Source: Bigelowiella natans CCMP2755
Lineage: Eukaryota; Protista; Cercozoa
DNA length: 64,000 nt
Assembly: GCA_000320545.1 (NCBI GenBank)
Contig: ADNK01000413.1
Coordinates: 1 to 64,000 of the forward strand
Direction of reading: 5' to 3'
Both the position numbers and the translations under genes were made by a program. Under the pieces are notes generated by a model. That model saw nothing but the letters and a program-made list of their open reading frames with translations, did not search any database and was not told the origin of the DNA. Shown piece by piece: positions 41,812 through 52,428 of this stretch (position 1 is its first letter; each line of letters starts with the position of its first letter).

Positions 41812-42169
41812 GCAGCAGACTGCTGCACCATGCCCCACATTTGATTTCCCATCTGCCGTCAGTGGGGGAATGACACAAAATTTTCATTTCAAAAATTCAC
41901 CCACTGACGACCCACTGCTGAACTGAATTGCTAGAATGACATGGCAAAATTGCACGAGCATGACACGTCAAGTGTTCTGCATTTGATTTCCCATCAGCAA
42001 TCAGTGGCAAAATGTGCGAAAATGCGCAACATGAAAGCTTCACCCACTGACGACCTGCTGCTGAACTGAATTGCTGTGATGACATGATGAAAATCACAGG
42101 CACATCCCATGTGTTTTGTGAAAACAATCTTTGTTGAAAATGACATGGCAAAATCCACAGCAGAGCATC
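41812..42169 (+). repeat. Left terminal inverted repeat (~358 bp, with two ~143-bp internal subrepeats)
   Basis: Reverse complement of 60271-60627 with about 26 differences by eye. catttgatttcccatc recurs at ~41838 and ~41980. Confidence 0.92.
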
Positions 42170-42209
42170 GTTGAAAACACTGCAAACTTGTTCTCACGCA
42201 AAGTGATGA

Positions 42210-42941
42210 ATGAGAACATTTGAATCAAAAAAAGGAAAACCATCAGATGAATGGCTGACTGAAAAACAATTTGAATCTTTGAAAAACAAAAGATTTTTGC
42301 ATGTGACATCATCAAACATGGACACACACAAAAGAAAACCCACTGAAGAACTTGTTGTCAAACTTGGGCAAGGTGAGGGAACTCAGCCAGCATCAAGATT
42401 GAAAGATTGCATTTCACATCATGGTTGCACTGACTCCAAAAGACCTTGGATGGGTTGCAAATTGCATTGTTTGTTCGCAACAGAAAAGAATGAAAATGTG
42501 GCAGCAACAAACTCCATGGTTCATGAATGTGAACTCAAATCAAAACAGCATGCTGAAAAAAACAACTTGTTGGTAGACAGAGGCGATGAAAGGACATTGA
42601 CAAGATCAAGTGAATTGATTGGAACATTGGATTGCAAACAATTTGAAAAACTCACAGACATTGAGTCAAAACCTGCATGCAATTTGCGAAATGAAAAGCA
42701 GAAATGCATCGTTGAAATGTCAGACCATGCAAACAAAGCAAAGAAAAATGACCATCAAAAACCTGCTACCTTCAAAGTGAAACACAGTGATGGCAGTGCA
42801 GAAGGAACAATTGGAAATGTGTCACCTAATGATGTCAAATCAAAGAATTTTGACAAGTCATTTAGAGAACATTGTGAAAAATCAAATGACAAAGACAACA
42901 TCAAATTAGAAGATGAACATGTGAAACACCTTGGCATTTGA
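42210..42941 (+). pseudogene. Hypermutated viral ORF, possible T5orf172/GIY-YIG-like nuclease domain
   Basis: FL(H=Y)V...VVKLGQG...PASRLKD(C=Y)...RGDE pattern; zero Tyr in 243 aa. Confidence 0.4.
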
Positions 42942-43133
42942 TCATCTACTGAAACATCATGCACAGCCCATTTTGCATCTTCATCAAAATCAAATGGTTT
43001 TTTCATGATTTGCAATTTGACAAACAAATCACCATTTTCTGTCATCAACAACTTGTCAATTTTTTGCAATTTGTTCATCCTTTCTTCTAATTTTTTTGAT
43101 CGTTTCTCTAATTCCATTGTTTTCAACAAACAT

Positions 43134-43337
43134 TCAATGAGATTTGTTGTCATTGATGACAACAACAAAAATCACTTGCTCACCACACTTTTCAGTTGCC
43201 ATCTCGTGTGCTTCTTTGAAAGTTTCACCTGACACAAGGTTCATTCTCATGGAAGCCATGTGTTTTTTGCCATGATGCTTGCCATGAGCTGCTAATGAAT
43301 CTTTCTGTCTTTTGGTTGATTTTTTTGATGCCATCAC
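43134..43337 (-). pseudogene. Small basic His-rich viral hypothetical protein
   Basis: TKRQKDSLAAHGKHHGKKHM...GETFKEAH resembles a small protein seen in aquatic viruses (recall, not searched). Confidence 0.4.
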
Positions 43338-43352
43338 ATCACTGTGGATTTT

Positions 43353-44084
43353 TCATTTTGACAAAGGAACATCGTGTTTGTCAACCATCTTTTTGTCAAT
43401 GTTGCGAGATGGTCCACCAAACAGAACAGAACACAGACGGGCTCTGCTCCAAGACTCGGCACTTTGATTTGGACGACTTCCTCCAGAACAGTGAGCTCCT
43501 TTGCCTTTGTTCACAATTTCTCTTGAAGATTTCAAAGGAACATCCAAAACTTCAGTCACATTGGATGAGGATGCATCACCTTTGAAACACTTGTCTGCTT
43601 TTTGTGTCCATTTGGATTTCTTGCTTTTGAAACTTCTCAACTTTGGTCTGTTTCTGCCATGAAAAATGCTCTCTGTTTGTTTTTCCCCATCTTTTTTGCT
43701 CAACGATTTGGGCACATGCTTCTCATTGATGCTCATCTCACATTTTTTAACAGCATCTTGAACTGCTTTGCTGTTCATCCATTCACATCCGGCATCTGAA
43801 CCCCACGAAAGCCAAGCCACAGCACCTCTTCTCTCATTTCTTTGTGATTGGTCCATCGGTTTGCCATCATTTTTCCATCTGTCGCATCCTGGTTTAGATG
43901 TGCATTTGTGACGAGCGAACCAAGCATTCACAACAATGACATCTTCAACATCCATGGCATCGTCATGTGCTAATTGTTCAGCTCTTTTCATTCCTGTTTC
44001 AATCGTGCCTTTCCAATTCAGCTTCTTTGATTTCAATGCTATTCGGGCTTTCTTCCTCACTTTCATTGGCATTTTCAATTTCAT
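43353..44084 (-). pseudogene. Hypermutated two-domain viral ORF: phage-like RA.QLA/AW..WG.D.G domain followed by a DUF5824-like giant-virus domain
   Basis: (H=Y)VPKSLSKKD, RPKLRSFKSKKS and KGKGA(HC=YY)SGGSRPNQSAESWSRARL; zero Tyr. Confidence 0.6.
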
Positions 44085-44653
44085 TGTTCAATTTGAGAAG
44101 ATTTTTTGCATGCTTTTCACAAAGAATGTGTTTGTCATGACATTTTTTGATCACAAATCCATCACAGAAGGGACAACACATTTTGAGAATGTGTTTGTCA
44201 CAATGTTTTTTGGTCACAAATCCATCACAGAAGGGACAATGTGTTTCATCGTGTTTCGTTTCATCTTCATGACAATCTCTCGCACAAGCATTGATGCAAT
44301 CTCCATCATCTGTTCCATGTTGTTTCATGTCTCTACCTGGAACATTTTCATTGACACATTTTCTTTTCATTTTTTCTTCAGCTGTTAGTTCTGCTTCTTT
44401 CTTTCTTTTCTGATGAACAGATATTTTTTTGGCATCCTTTTCCAATGACTTCAAAAGGTGAACCTTCAACATTTGATTCATTGCAAGTTCTGCCACCAAT
44501 CTTGACTAATCGGTTGGTGTTGATGTTGCATCCATGACCATTTTTCATCTCTTTGTTTTCAATTTTAGCAAAAAGCTTTTGCAAGTTCTTTTTTTGAAGA
44601 GAACTAAACTTTCTAAATTTTTTCAAAAAACTTTTCATTGTGTCATCAGACAC
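43999..44653 (-). pseudogene. Hypermutated, frameshifted viral ORF with two tandem CPFC..H zinc-finger-like repeats
   Basis: CPFCDGFV(T/I)KK..DKHI occurs twice; 63-bp-period direct repeat at 44123-44243. Confidence 0.5.
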
Positions 44654-45778
44654 ATCATCATCACAGATTAGATTTCTTCAAGTGAGAATTGAACGAATGA
44701 AAATTTGAAAAAAAACCACAGTTTTTTTGAGAGTTTTGAAACGACCACAAAATGGTTCAAAAAGAAAAAATCTGCAGCATCACAATGAGCGAAAATGTTG
44801 TTGGCGGAGCAACTCTAAATCCCAAAGGATTGAACAAAATGTTCAAATCCAAAACTTCAGGATGTGTGAAAGAATGCCACAAAAAGAACTCTCAAAAATG
44901 GCTACGAAAGGCAGAATGCAAAGCCTGCAATTGCATGATTGGATTAGCATCACTGTCTCGTCACAAAAGAACTGAAAAAAACACATGCTCAATGGTGATC
45001 CTAATCCATCCGAAGAGCAGAAAAAATTTGTAGATGATCATGAATGTGTCAAGTTCAGGAAATGCAAATTGGTCAAATTGGAAGAAAAATCAGATTTTGT
45101 CATGAAGAAATCAGAAGAGTTAGGAAACAAAACACAATGAATGCAATTTTGTGATCATCATGATTGCCATCATGATCACAAAATGACATCATGAACAAGT
45201 TGAACATTGACAGTTTTTGTTTCATGACCATTGATGTCATCATTGTGATTGTCAATGTCCTCAAATCCATCATGCCAAGATGGTCCACCACATTGTTCTT
45301 TTTCTTCAACATCTGGTTTAGCAAGACCAAGTTCAATCAATGTGTCTCCATTTTGTCCCTTGTGATTGTCAATGTTCTTCACAAATGCTTCTACAGTTTC
45401 ATCATCAACCTTTGGTTTTGTTGGAACTTTTTCATCCTTGTCATCATTGCTCATCACAACATGACTGTGCATTTCACAATGATTTCAAACGAACATTGAT
45501 CAAATGATGCTGTCATGCCATCAACTTTTTTAGGAACCTTTGGAATTTCTTTTTTCTTCTTTTCCTCCTCTTTCATTTTTGGTTTACGAACATCCTCAAA
45601 ATGTTTCTTGTTGTGTTCACTTGTCTTCTCTTTTTTTTCTTGACATCTCTTCTTTTGGTGTGCTGTCATTTTTTCTCTGTTTGGTTTGTGACATGCTTTT
45701 TGTTTTTCCTCATCAGACATTTGTCAAAACAGTTTGGATTTTTGCATTTGAAAAAAATGATCTCAACTCAATTGACAT

Positions 45779-47008
45779 GTGAGCAATTTGAGAGAAACAG
45801 AAAAAAGGTTCACACGACAGTGGAACAATTGTTTTCCATTGATGGAAGAAGATGGAAAAGGAAATGAAGTTCCAAGTGAAGTCAATGTTGATCATCTTCT
45901 TTGGATGATTTTCAATGAAGACTCCATTGGAGGTGACAGAAAACTTGTGGTGAGAAAAACTGACACTGCGGTGATTGGTCCAATGACAGAAACAAGAACA
46001 CATTTGTCGAACATGGAAAAGAATTCAATCACATGTGCCAATGACAACGGATTTGACATCAGTGATCCAACAGAAGATTCAAGAACACCACCAAGAGCAC
46101 AAACACCGCCAAAAATGACAAGAACACCAGCACCACCACCATCTAGAAATGGGTCAAGATCATCAACACCATCGCCAAGAGGACCAGCACCAAGAGGACC
46201 AGCACCAGGAGGACTAGCACCAGCACCAGCACCAGCACCAGCACCAGCACCAGCACCAGAAAACAGACAACAACAGATGGCACAAGAAGCAAAACTACCA
46301 GCATTAGCAAGATCATCTGGTCGTGATGTTCCAACACAAGCAACACCATCACAAAGATTTGACCAACAACCAGGTTTCAGTCCAACCCCAGTTGTTCCTG
46401 CAACGGCACCTGCTGGATTTGAATCAACACCAGATGACACAGGTGAGAAAAAATTGACAGATTCATCTTTGAAAGAAATGAAAGAACATGATGATTTTCA
46501 GAGACCGCTACCTGATGTTTCAGAAAGACAAAATGCAATCTGTCAGACCAAGATGAGGCAAGGATTGATCCAAGAAGCAACTCATCCATTCGGAGGTAAA
46601 CGTGATGTGACCAATGAATCACAAATCAATTGCAATGCTGATCATGAAAACCCATTCATCAAATCTCAAGCAAGATTGAAGGTGAAAGAAATGGATGACA
46701 CGAGCATCACACACAAACCTCAATTGCAAGAGGCCATTGATGATGCCAAACCATCTGCTAAATTGCCAGCAAAGATGGCCAATGTGAAAGCACTAAAAGT
46801 TGAAGTTCCAGTTGAACCTCCGTTCAAAGCAAGAGGTTTTGATCCAAAGGAATTGCGACCTGCATTTGAAATCAATTGCACTCACGGCATGGTGCCTCAT
46901 CACATGTCTCAAGCATGCAAAAAGAAGAAAGATGAAGTAGCAGATGTGCATGCTGCTCACATCAAATCAAAACAAATGAAAGATGCTTCTGATTTGTTTT
47001 TTCAATGA
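45779..47008 (+). pseudogene. Hypermutated viral ORF with Pro/Ala (GCACCA)n low-complexity linker, unknown function
   Basis: 409-aa ORF with zero Tyr and an APAPAPAP repeat at ~46215-46260. Confidence 0.5.
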
Positions 47009-47033
47009 AAATGACTCAAAGATGTGAACACAC

Positions 47034-47639
47034 ATGAACACAATGAAACATGTGCCAGATCATGCCAAAGGAAAAATTTGCAAACTGCACATGTCAGGAA
47101 ATGAAGATTCAATTTGTCATGGTTCTGCCATTCAAAGTTCAAGTGTGAGATCATCTGGTCATAGAAAAAATTTGAAATGTTGGAAAAAGGGTACAGGTTC
47201 ATTCATGACATCATTTGAATCATTGGAAAATGAAAATGCAATCACAACCCTTGTTGAAAATTTCCCTTGTGATTCTGAACATGAATTAGAAGCCAGAGAA
47301 CGATTTTGCATGGAAAACAACAAATGCATCAATGAAAATGCACCCACAAGAACTGCAAAAGAATGGAGAGAAACAAACAAAGAACGATCAAAACAATGCA
47401 GACAAGATGACAAAGAACGAATGGCAAAACCAAACAAAAAATGTCATGAAGATGACAAAGAATTGTCAAAGGAAAAAAGAAAAGAACACTTTGCGAATCA
47501 CAGAAAAAAGAACAAAGAAAAATTTGAAGAAAAAATCAAATGTCCCTTCTGTGGTTGTTCTGTTGGAAAATCCAATTTGAAAAGACATCAAAGAACCAAA
47601 AAATGTTCAAAAGCACAAGAAGAATTCAAACAAAAATGA
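47034..47639 (+). pseudogene. GIY-YIG endonuclease (NCLDV/PLV type) with C-terminal zinc finger, hypermutated
   Basis: GKI(C=Y)KL...I(CH=YY)GS...R..GH, LVENFPCDS..EL.ARERF(C=Y) and CPFCGCSVGKSNLKRHQRTKKC. Confidence 0.8.
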
Positions 47640-47665
47640 ATGTTTGAAATGATTGTCGTTTCATT

Positions 47666-48451
47666 GTGATTGTCATCATCCATTGCAATCACAATGTGAC
47701 CAATTCTGAAAAGGGCAAATGCAAAAAATTAGACATGAAACCAACAATGACAACCAAAAAAAAACAGATCCACAACAATTGCAACTTGACACCTTCGTTT
47801 CCAAACAGATGCTCATTCACAGCTCCAACAGGAAGTGGAAAATCAGTGGTGATGGCAAATTTGTCAACTCGTAAAAGACATTCAAGAAACTTCTTTGATG
47901 TTGTTTTGTTTCACTCTCCAAACGTTCACTTTGAAGACGAACGTGCAGAAACAAAGGCAAAAAATGAAAAAGCAGAAATGAAATTTGAAGAAAAGTTCAA
48001 AGAGAAAGAGTTTGGAGCCATGGTTCATGAAGTGATGCGAGAACAAAAAGAACTAAAAGACAAAAAGAAACACATGAAAAAAACATTGACAATCATTGAT
48101 GATTTCGCTTCAGATGAAAAAGTGATGAAAAGTGAAACATTGAAAGATTTGTTCTTTGCTGGTGGAAAATGTGGTGCATGTGTTTGGATCACCAGTCAGT
48201 GTTGCAAAATTGTTTCTCCTGATGTTCGCACAAATGCCGAACATTTGATTGTTTTTAGCAGACAACCTTCAACTGAATTGAAAAAGATGGCTGAAGAAAT
48301 GTCAACAGGCAAATGCACTGAGAAAAAAATTGTGGAAACACTTGATGAAATGTCTTCTGTGGATCATTCATTTCCACATTGCAATCGCAAGCAACCAATG
48401 AATGAAAGGTGCATGATCAATTTTCAAAGTTTCATGAACATCCAAACATGA
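47666..48451 (+). pseudogene. A32/FtsK-HerA-type viral genome-packaging ATPase, hypermutated
   Basis: Walker A APTGSGKS; Walker B TIIDD; LFFAGGK...WITSQ..KIVSPDVRTN motif region; zero Tyr in 261 aa. Confidence 0.85.
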
Positions 48452-48707
48452 TCAATGTGGATGAACTTTTGCCAGAATCACATTCAAAAAAATCAGGAAC
48501 AAATCATCATCATTTGACAGTCGTCCAAAAAAAAACAGCAAATCCTTTTTCACATTCAAAAAAATCAGCTGTCATGGTCCCAGCTGTCAAACCTGCTGGT
48601 TTTTTTGCGAGAGAATTTGTGAGAAAAGAAGTGCCTGTGAGCATCAAACGAACATTTGAAAGGTGTCAAATGTCAATTAATTGTCATCTAAACGTTGACA
48701 ATGACAC

Positions 48708-49271
48708 ATGGGAAATGACAATTCTTCACCACCAAAACCAAAACCAATCCACATTCCAAAGCCACATTTTCCAAAACCAAAACCAATGCATGTTCCAAGA
48801 ATTCCCACAGAAAAAGCAACTAAGCCTGTGAACAAAGGAACAAAAAAAGGAGCAAATCATCTTGAAGACAAACTGACACATCCAGTTGCTGCTGCAAATG
48901 AAGCTGAAGGAGCATTGAGTGAATTGGATTCTGTGTCTCACGGCAGTCTTGGTGTTGTGCATCAGGGATCTCAAGTTGTGTTTCCACAATTTGGATTGGC
49001 CGTCACATTGGCCACTGTAGCAGATGAAATGGCTCACAATGATGGTGAGTCATCAAAAAAAACATCAAAAAACATCTCATCAAATCAGGCTACAGGAGGT
49101 GTTTGTGGTGATTGTCAAAGTGTCAGAACCATTGAAAAATCAGAGCTTGTGACTGAAATGGAAAACAAATTCAATGCAGATTCACACGACTCACCAGATG
49201 TTGATGGAGCAATTCCAGTTTCTGTGGAAGGCAAAATTTCTGTTGATGATGCGACCAGAAAACTCAGATGA
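48708..49271 (+). pseudogene. Hypermutated viral ORF, unknown function (MGN start, PK repeats)
   Basis: 187-aa ORF preceded by TCTA at -21; zero Tyr. Confidence 0.5.
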
Positions 49272-49683
49272 ATCACTTTTTCTCATCTTCTTTGATTTCA
49301 GGACTTGGCAGAAATGTTCCAAGTGTCAGAATGACAACGTTTGAAAAAGCATTTCTTTCTGCTACATTTTTTGCTGTTGCAACTTGAAGCACACTGAATG
49401 TTGAAACACTGAACATTGCACCAGATTTCAGGAAAAACTCTGAAGCCCTTTTGTCAGAAGTTGAACAACAAGACTGGTGAGCATCAATGTGTTTTTCATC
49501 CTCTGATTCTTTTCTGTGTGGCATCTCTTCCATCATTCTGTCTTTGCATTCTTCAGAATCATTCATGTCTGCAACTTTTTGTTGTTTTTCATCTGCTTTG
49601 TGTTCGATGGATTGTGGAACAATCATTGCAAACAGTCACAAACAAAATGCCACAATGATTTTTTTTCTGTTCTTGTGATGACA

Positions 49684-50578
49684 ATGGGATCATTTGATGA
49701 GATGAAAGATGGATTCAAAAAGGCTGTTAATGATGTGCAAAAATCATCAGGGCATGCAACAAAGCAAATCAAAAAAGACTTCACAAAAGCAGGAGATGCT
49801 GTCAAAGATGTGTCTGTCATGGCAGGTGATGAAATCAAAAAAGGAGCCCATGAAGTTGGAGATCAACTGAAAAAACAAGAAGTCCAACAGGCACTCGCAG
49901 GGACTGGAATTGCTTTAGCTAATGTTGCTACTGGAGGGGCATTTGCTCCAGAATTAATGGCAGGTGGATTAGCAATTCAAGGTGCCATTGAGTCAGCACA
50001 TTCAAAATCTTTACCTCATGACACTGTGCTGCAGGCAGGAACCGCATGTGCCACTGGTGAATTAGATTTTAACAAAAGAGGACCAGGTGTTGGTTCATTT
50101 AGCGAAGGTATTTCTAATTTGAGAGAAGAAGGTGTGAAACGATTTGATGGTGTTGAAGATGAATTATCAGATGAAGCTATGAAAAGACATGATGATGTAA
50201 AAGGCAAAGCATCAGCAAGATTAGGATTTGATCCAACACAAATGCAATCTACAGATGAAGCTATGGATTCATTAAAAGCACAAATTGACAAAAATAGAAA
50301 TATTAGAGCAACAGCTAATGGATTTAAGAAGTGGAAAAGCATTAGAAAATTTAACAAACAAAGCAAAAAGTGAATTAAAAAAAGAAGTAAGTAGTCAAGG
50401 CAATAAAATACTAAATGATGTTTTAGGTAAAGTGTCTCAAAAGAAAAGCAAAGTGAAAAAAGCCATGAAAAAAGTTAAGAAGAAGATGAAATCTTCTAAA
50501 GGCAAAATGGCTGATGTCATTAAAAAGGTGAAACAAAATCAACAGAGATACAGAATGTCAAGTGGCATTGTGAATTAA
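49684..50578 (+). pseudogene. Viral ORF with Gly/Ala hydrophobic segment and basic C-terminus, probably frameshifted near 50290-50370
   Basis: MGSFDEMKDGFKK...ALAGTGIALANVATGGAF; the overlapping ORF 50285-50578 continues with K-rich sequence. Confidence 0.45.
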
Positions 50579-50646
50579 AAAAAAAACACATCATGAAAAA
50601 ATTACATTCGTTTTGATACAATTTTTTTCATCTACACATTGTTAAC

Positions 50647-52311
50647 ATGGATGCAATTAGTGAAACTACCGATGTTAGTAGATTTCCAGAAATCGACTAC
50701 AGTTTACCCCCTATGGATAAAATTTTCATTGATTCAGTCTCTCATTTTAGAGAAGAGATGAAAAATAGTAACAATGCTAAAAAAGCGAATACCAAAATGA
50801 GATTTTTTGTTCCAGCTCAACAAAGAGCAGTAGACCCATCTGAATTACATTTTCAATTAAATGTTGCTGCCAGAACAGCTGGAGATGCTGATTTACCAGC
50901 GGTTGACCAATTAAGATTAAGACTTGCTGAAGGTGGAGTTCATTCTCTCTTTAGAGAGATGATCATTAGAGATGGTAGAGGTAACATCATTGAAAAAATT
51001 AACAACTATGACCTTGTTACTAAAATTTTACAAGATACTTTGTTGACTAAAGAAGTTAAAAATAATTTGTTAAATGTGGAAGGTGTTCATGATGACCAAG
51101 GATTGTTCAACACAGTTCATAGCAAATTTGATATTACTGGTAACACCTTAGAATTAAAAGCACCTGTGGCTCAGGTCGTAGCTGATACTCTTCCAGCAGG
51201 TGCGGCTGATTTTCCCGCAGCCAATGCTGCTCCTGTTGCTGCTGTGACCACTCCCGCTTCACCATCAAGAGTACTTGGTGTAGGAACTCAATTCTTAACT
51301 GAACTAAGACCAGGTTCTGTTGTTAAATTCAATGGAAACAGTTACACAGTTGCCCATGTTGTATCTGACACAGAATTTGTATCTGCTACTAACATTGCTG
51401 CTGATGTTGCTGCTGCTAACATTGTTGCTGGTAGAGATTTTGTTGAAGGATTACTTGAAACAGAAAGTCGTTACAAAAAATTCCATCACGATGGACTTTT
51501 TACAGCAGATGGAGCTGTTCATTGCTTTCAGCCATGCTGCTCTGGGTTTTCATCTCAAAACAAATACCTTCATCTTGATCATTGTGGTGGGTTAGAATTT
51601 GAATTTACTTTAGATAGCAATGCCATGATTTTCGATGATGCTAATGCAGCAGGTAATGCCAATATTTTCATTAAACAAGGATATGTTCATCACACTGCTC
51701 TTGAATTTTCACCAGTTGTTGAAGCTGCTCTTGCTAAAGCATATGTGAGAGGTTTATCTATGAGTTTCCCTGTGTACCATGTAGTTAGTGGAACACAAAA
51801 TGCTTCTACCTCTGTTTCTCAGGAATATCAAGAAAGTTTAGCAATTCTTGAAATGGTTAAAATTGTTAGTAGACCAACTGGGTTTGATGCAAATGCTGGA
51901 GCATCATTTTTCTTTGAAGATCTAACCAGTGCTAAAAGAATTTACTGGGAGATCAACAAACAAAGATTTACTGAGTGTGGCAATGATGACATTTTACCTC
52001 AAGTTGTTTTTGTGAACAACAGAATCGGTAAAAATCTATTAGGAGATTACAAACATGCTACAATTTCTTATGGAGAATTCAAAGAAGCAGGTAAATCTGC
52101 TTTAATTTTCAATGCGCAAAACTACAAAGAAGGTAATTACACAGGAGTTAACACCAACCGAGCAACTATGAGACTTAAAATTGAAGGAGGAGATGGTGTT
52201 GGTTCTTTACAACCTGGTATTGCTAATCAAGGTAGACAAATCGATGTGTTAATGATGCACGAGCAATACATTATGTTAAAAGATGGAGAAAGTGTGACAG
52301 TTCGTAGCTAA
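50647..52311 (+). CDS. Major capsid protein (PLV double jelly-roll type) with internal insertion
   Basis: MRFFVP...VDPSELHFQLNV and GGVHSLFREMIIRDGRGNIIEKINNYDLV match the N-terminal PLV MCP pattern; 554 aa; lies directly upstream of the penton-like gene. Confidence 0.78.
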   Translation: MDAISETTDVSRFPEIDYSLPPMDKIFIDSVSHFREEMKNSNNAKKANTKMRFFVPAQQRAVDPSELHFQLNVAARTAGDADLPAVDQLRLRLAEGGVHSLFREMIIRDGRGNIIEKINNYDLVTKILQDTLLTKEVKNNLLNVEGVHDDQGLFNTVHSKFDITGNTLELKAPVAQVVADTLPAGAADFPAANAAPVAAVTTPASPSRVLGVGTQFLTELRPGSVVKFNGNSYTVAHVVSDTEFVSATNIAADVAAANIVAGRDFVEGLLETESRYKKFHHDGLFTADGAVHCFQPCCSGFSSQNKYLHLDHCGGLEFEFTLDSNAMIFDDANAAGNANIFIKQGYVHHTALEFSPVVEAALAKAYVRGLSMSFPVYHVVSGTQNASTSVSQEYQESLAILEMVKIVSRPTGFDANAGASFFFEDLTSAKRIYWEINKQRFTECGNDDILPQVVFVNNRIGKNLLGDYKHATISYGEFKEAGKSALIFNAQNYKEGNYTGVNTNRATMRLKIEGGDGVGSLQPGIANQGRQIDVLMMHEQYIMLKDGESVTVRS

Positions 52312-52428
52312 TTTCATTTTTCTATCAATCATTCCAATCCTTTGGGATTTGGAGTTGCTTCGCCAACATTTGTTGTTAAATTCCACCAAAATTTATATCA
52401 TGAAAATTTATTTCTAATATAAATTAAT

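Noticed and set aside
41812-50300. CpG-methylation decay or classical RIP as the cause of the TG/CA excess
   Set aside because: The missing dinucleotide is TpA, conserved Tyr (not Arg) codons are the ones changed, and the TIR comparison runs TA to TG/CA. RIP would increase TpA.
42210-50373. Alternative genetic code in the virus
   Set aside because: Tyr is replaced by both Cys and His, non-coding TIRs and flanks are equally affected, and the right half of the same element uses Tyr normally.
52333-52375. Hairpin after the MCP gene as a mimivirus-type polyadenylation signal
   Set aside because: The stems are short and imperfect and are not seen consistently after other genes.
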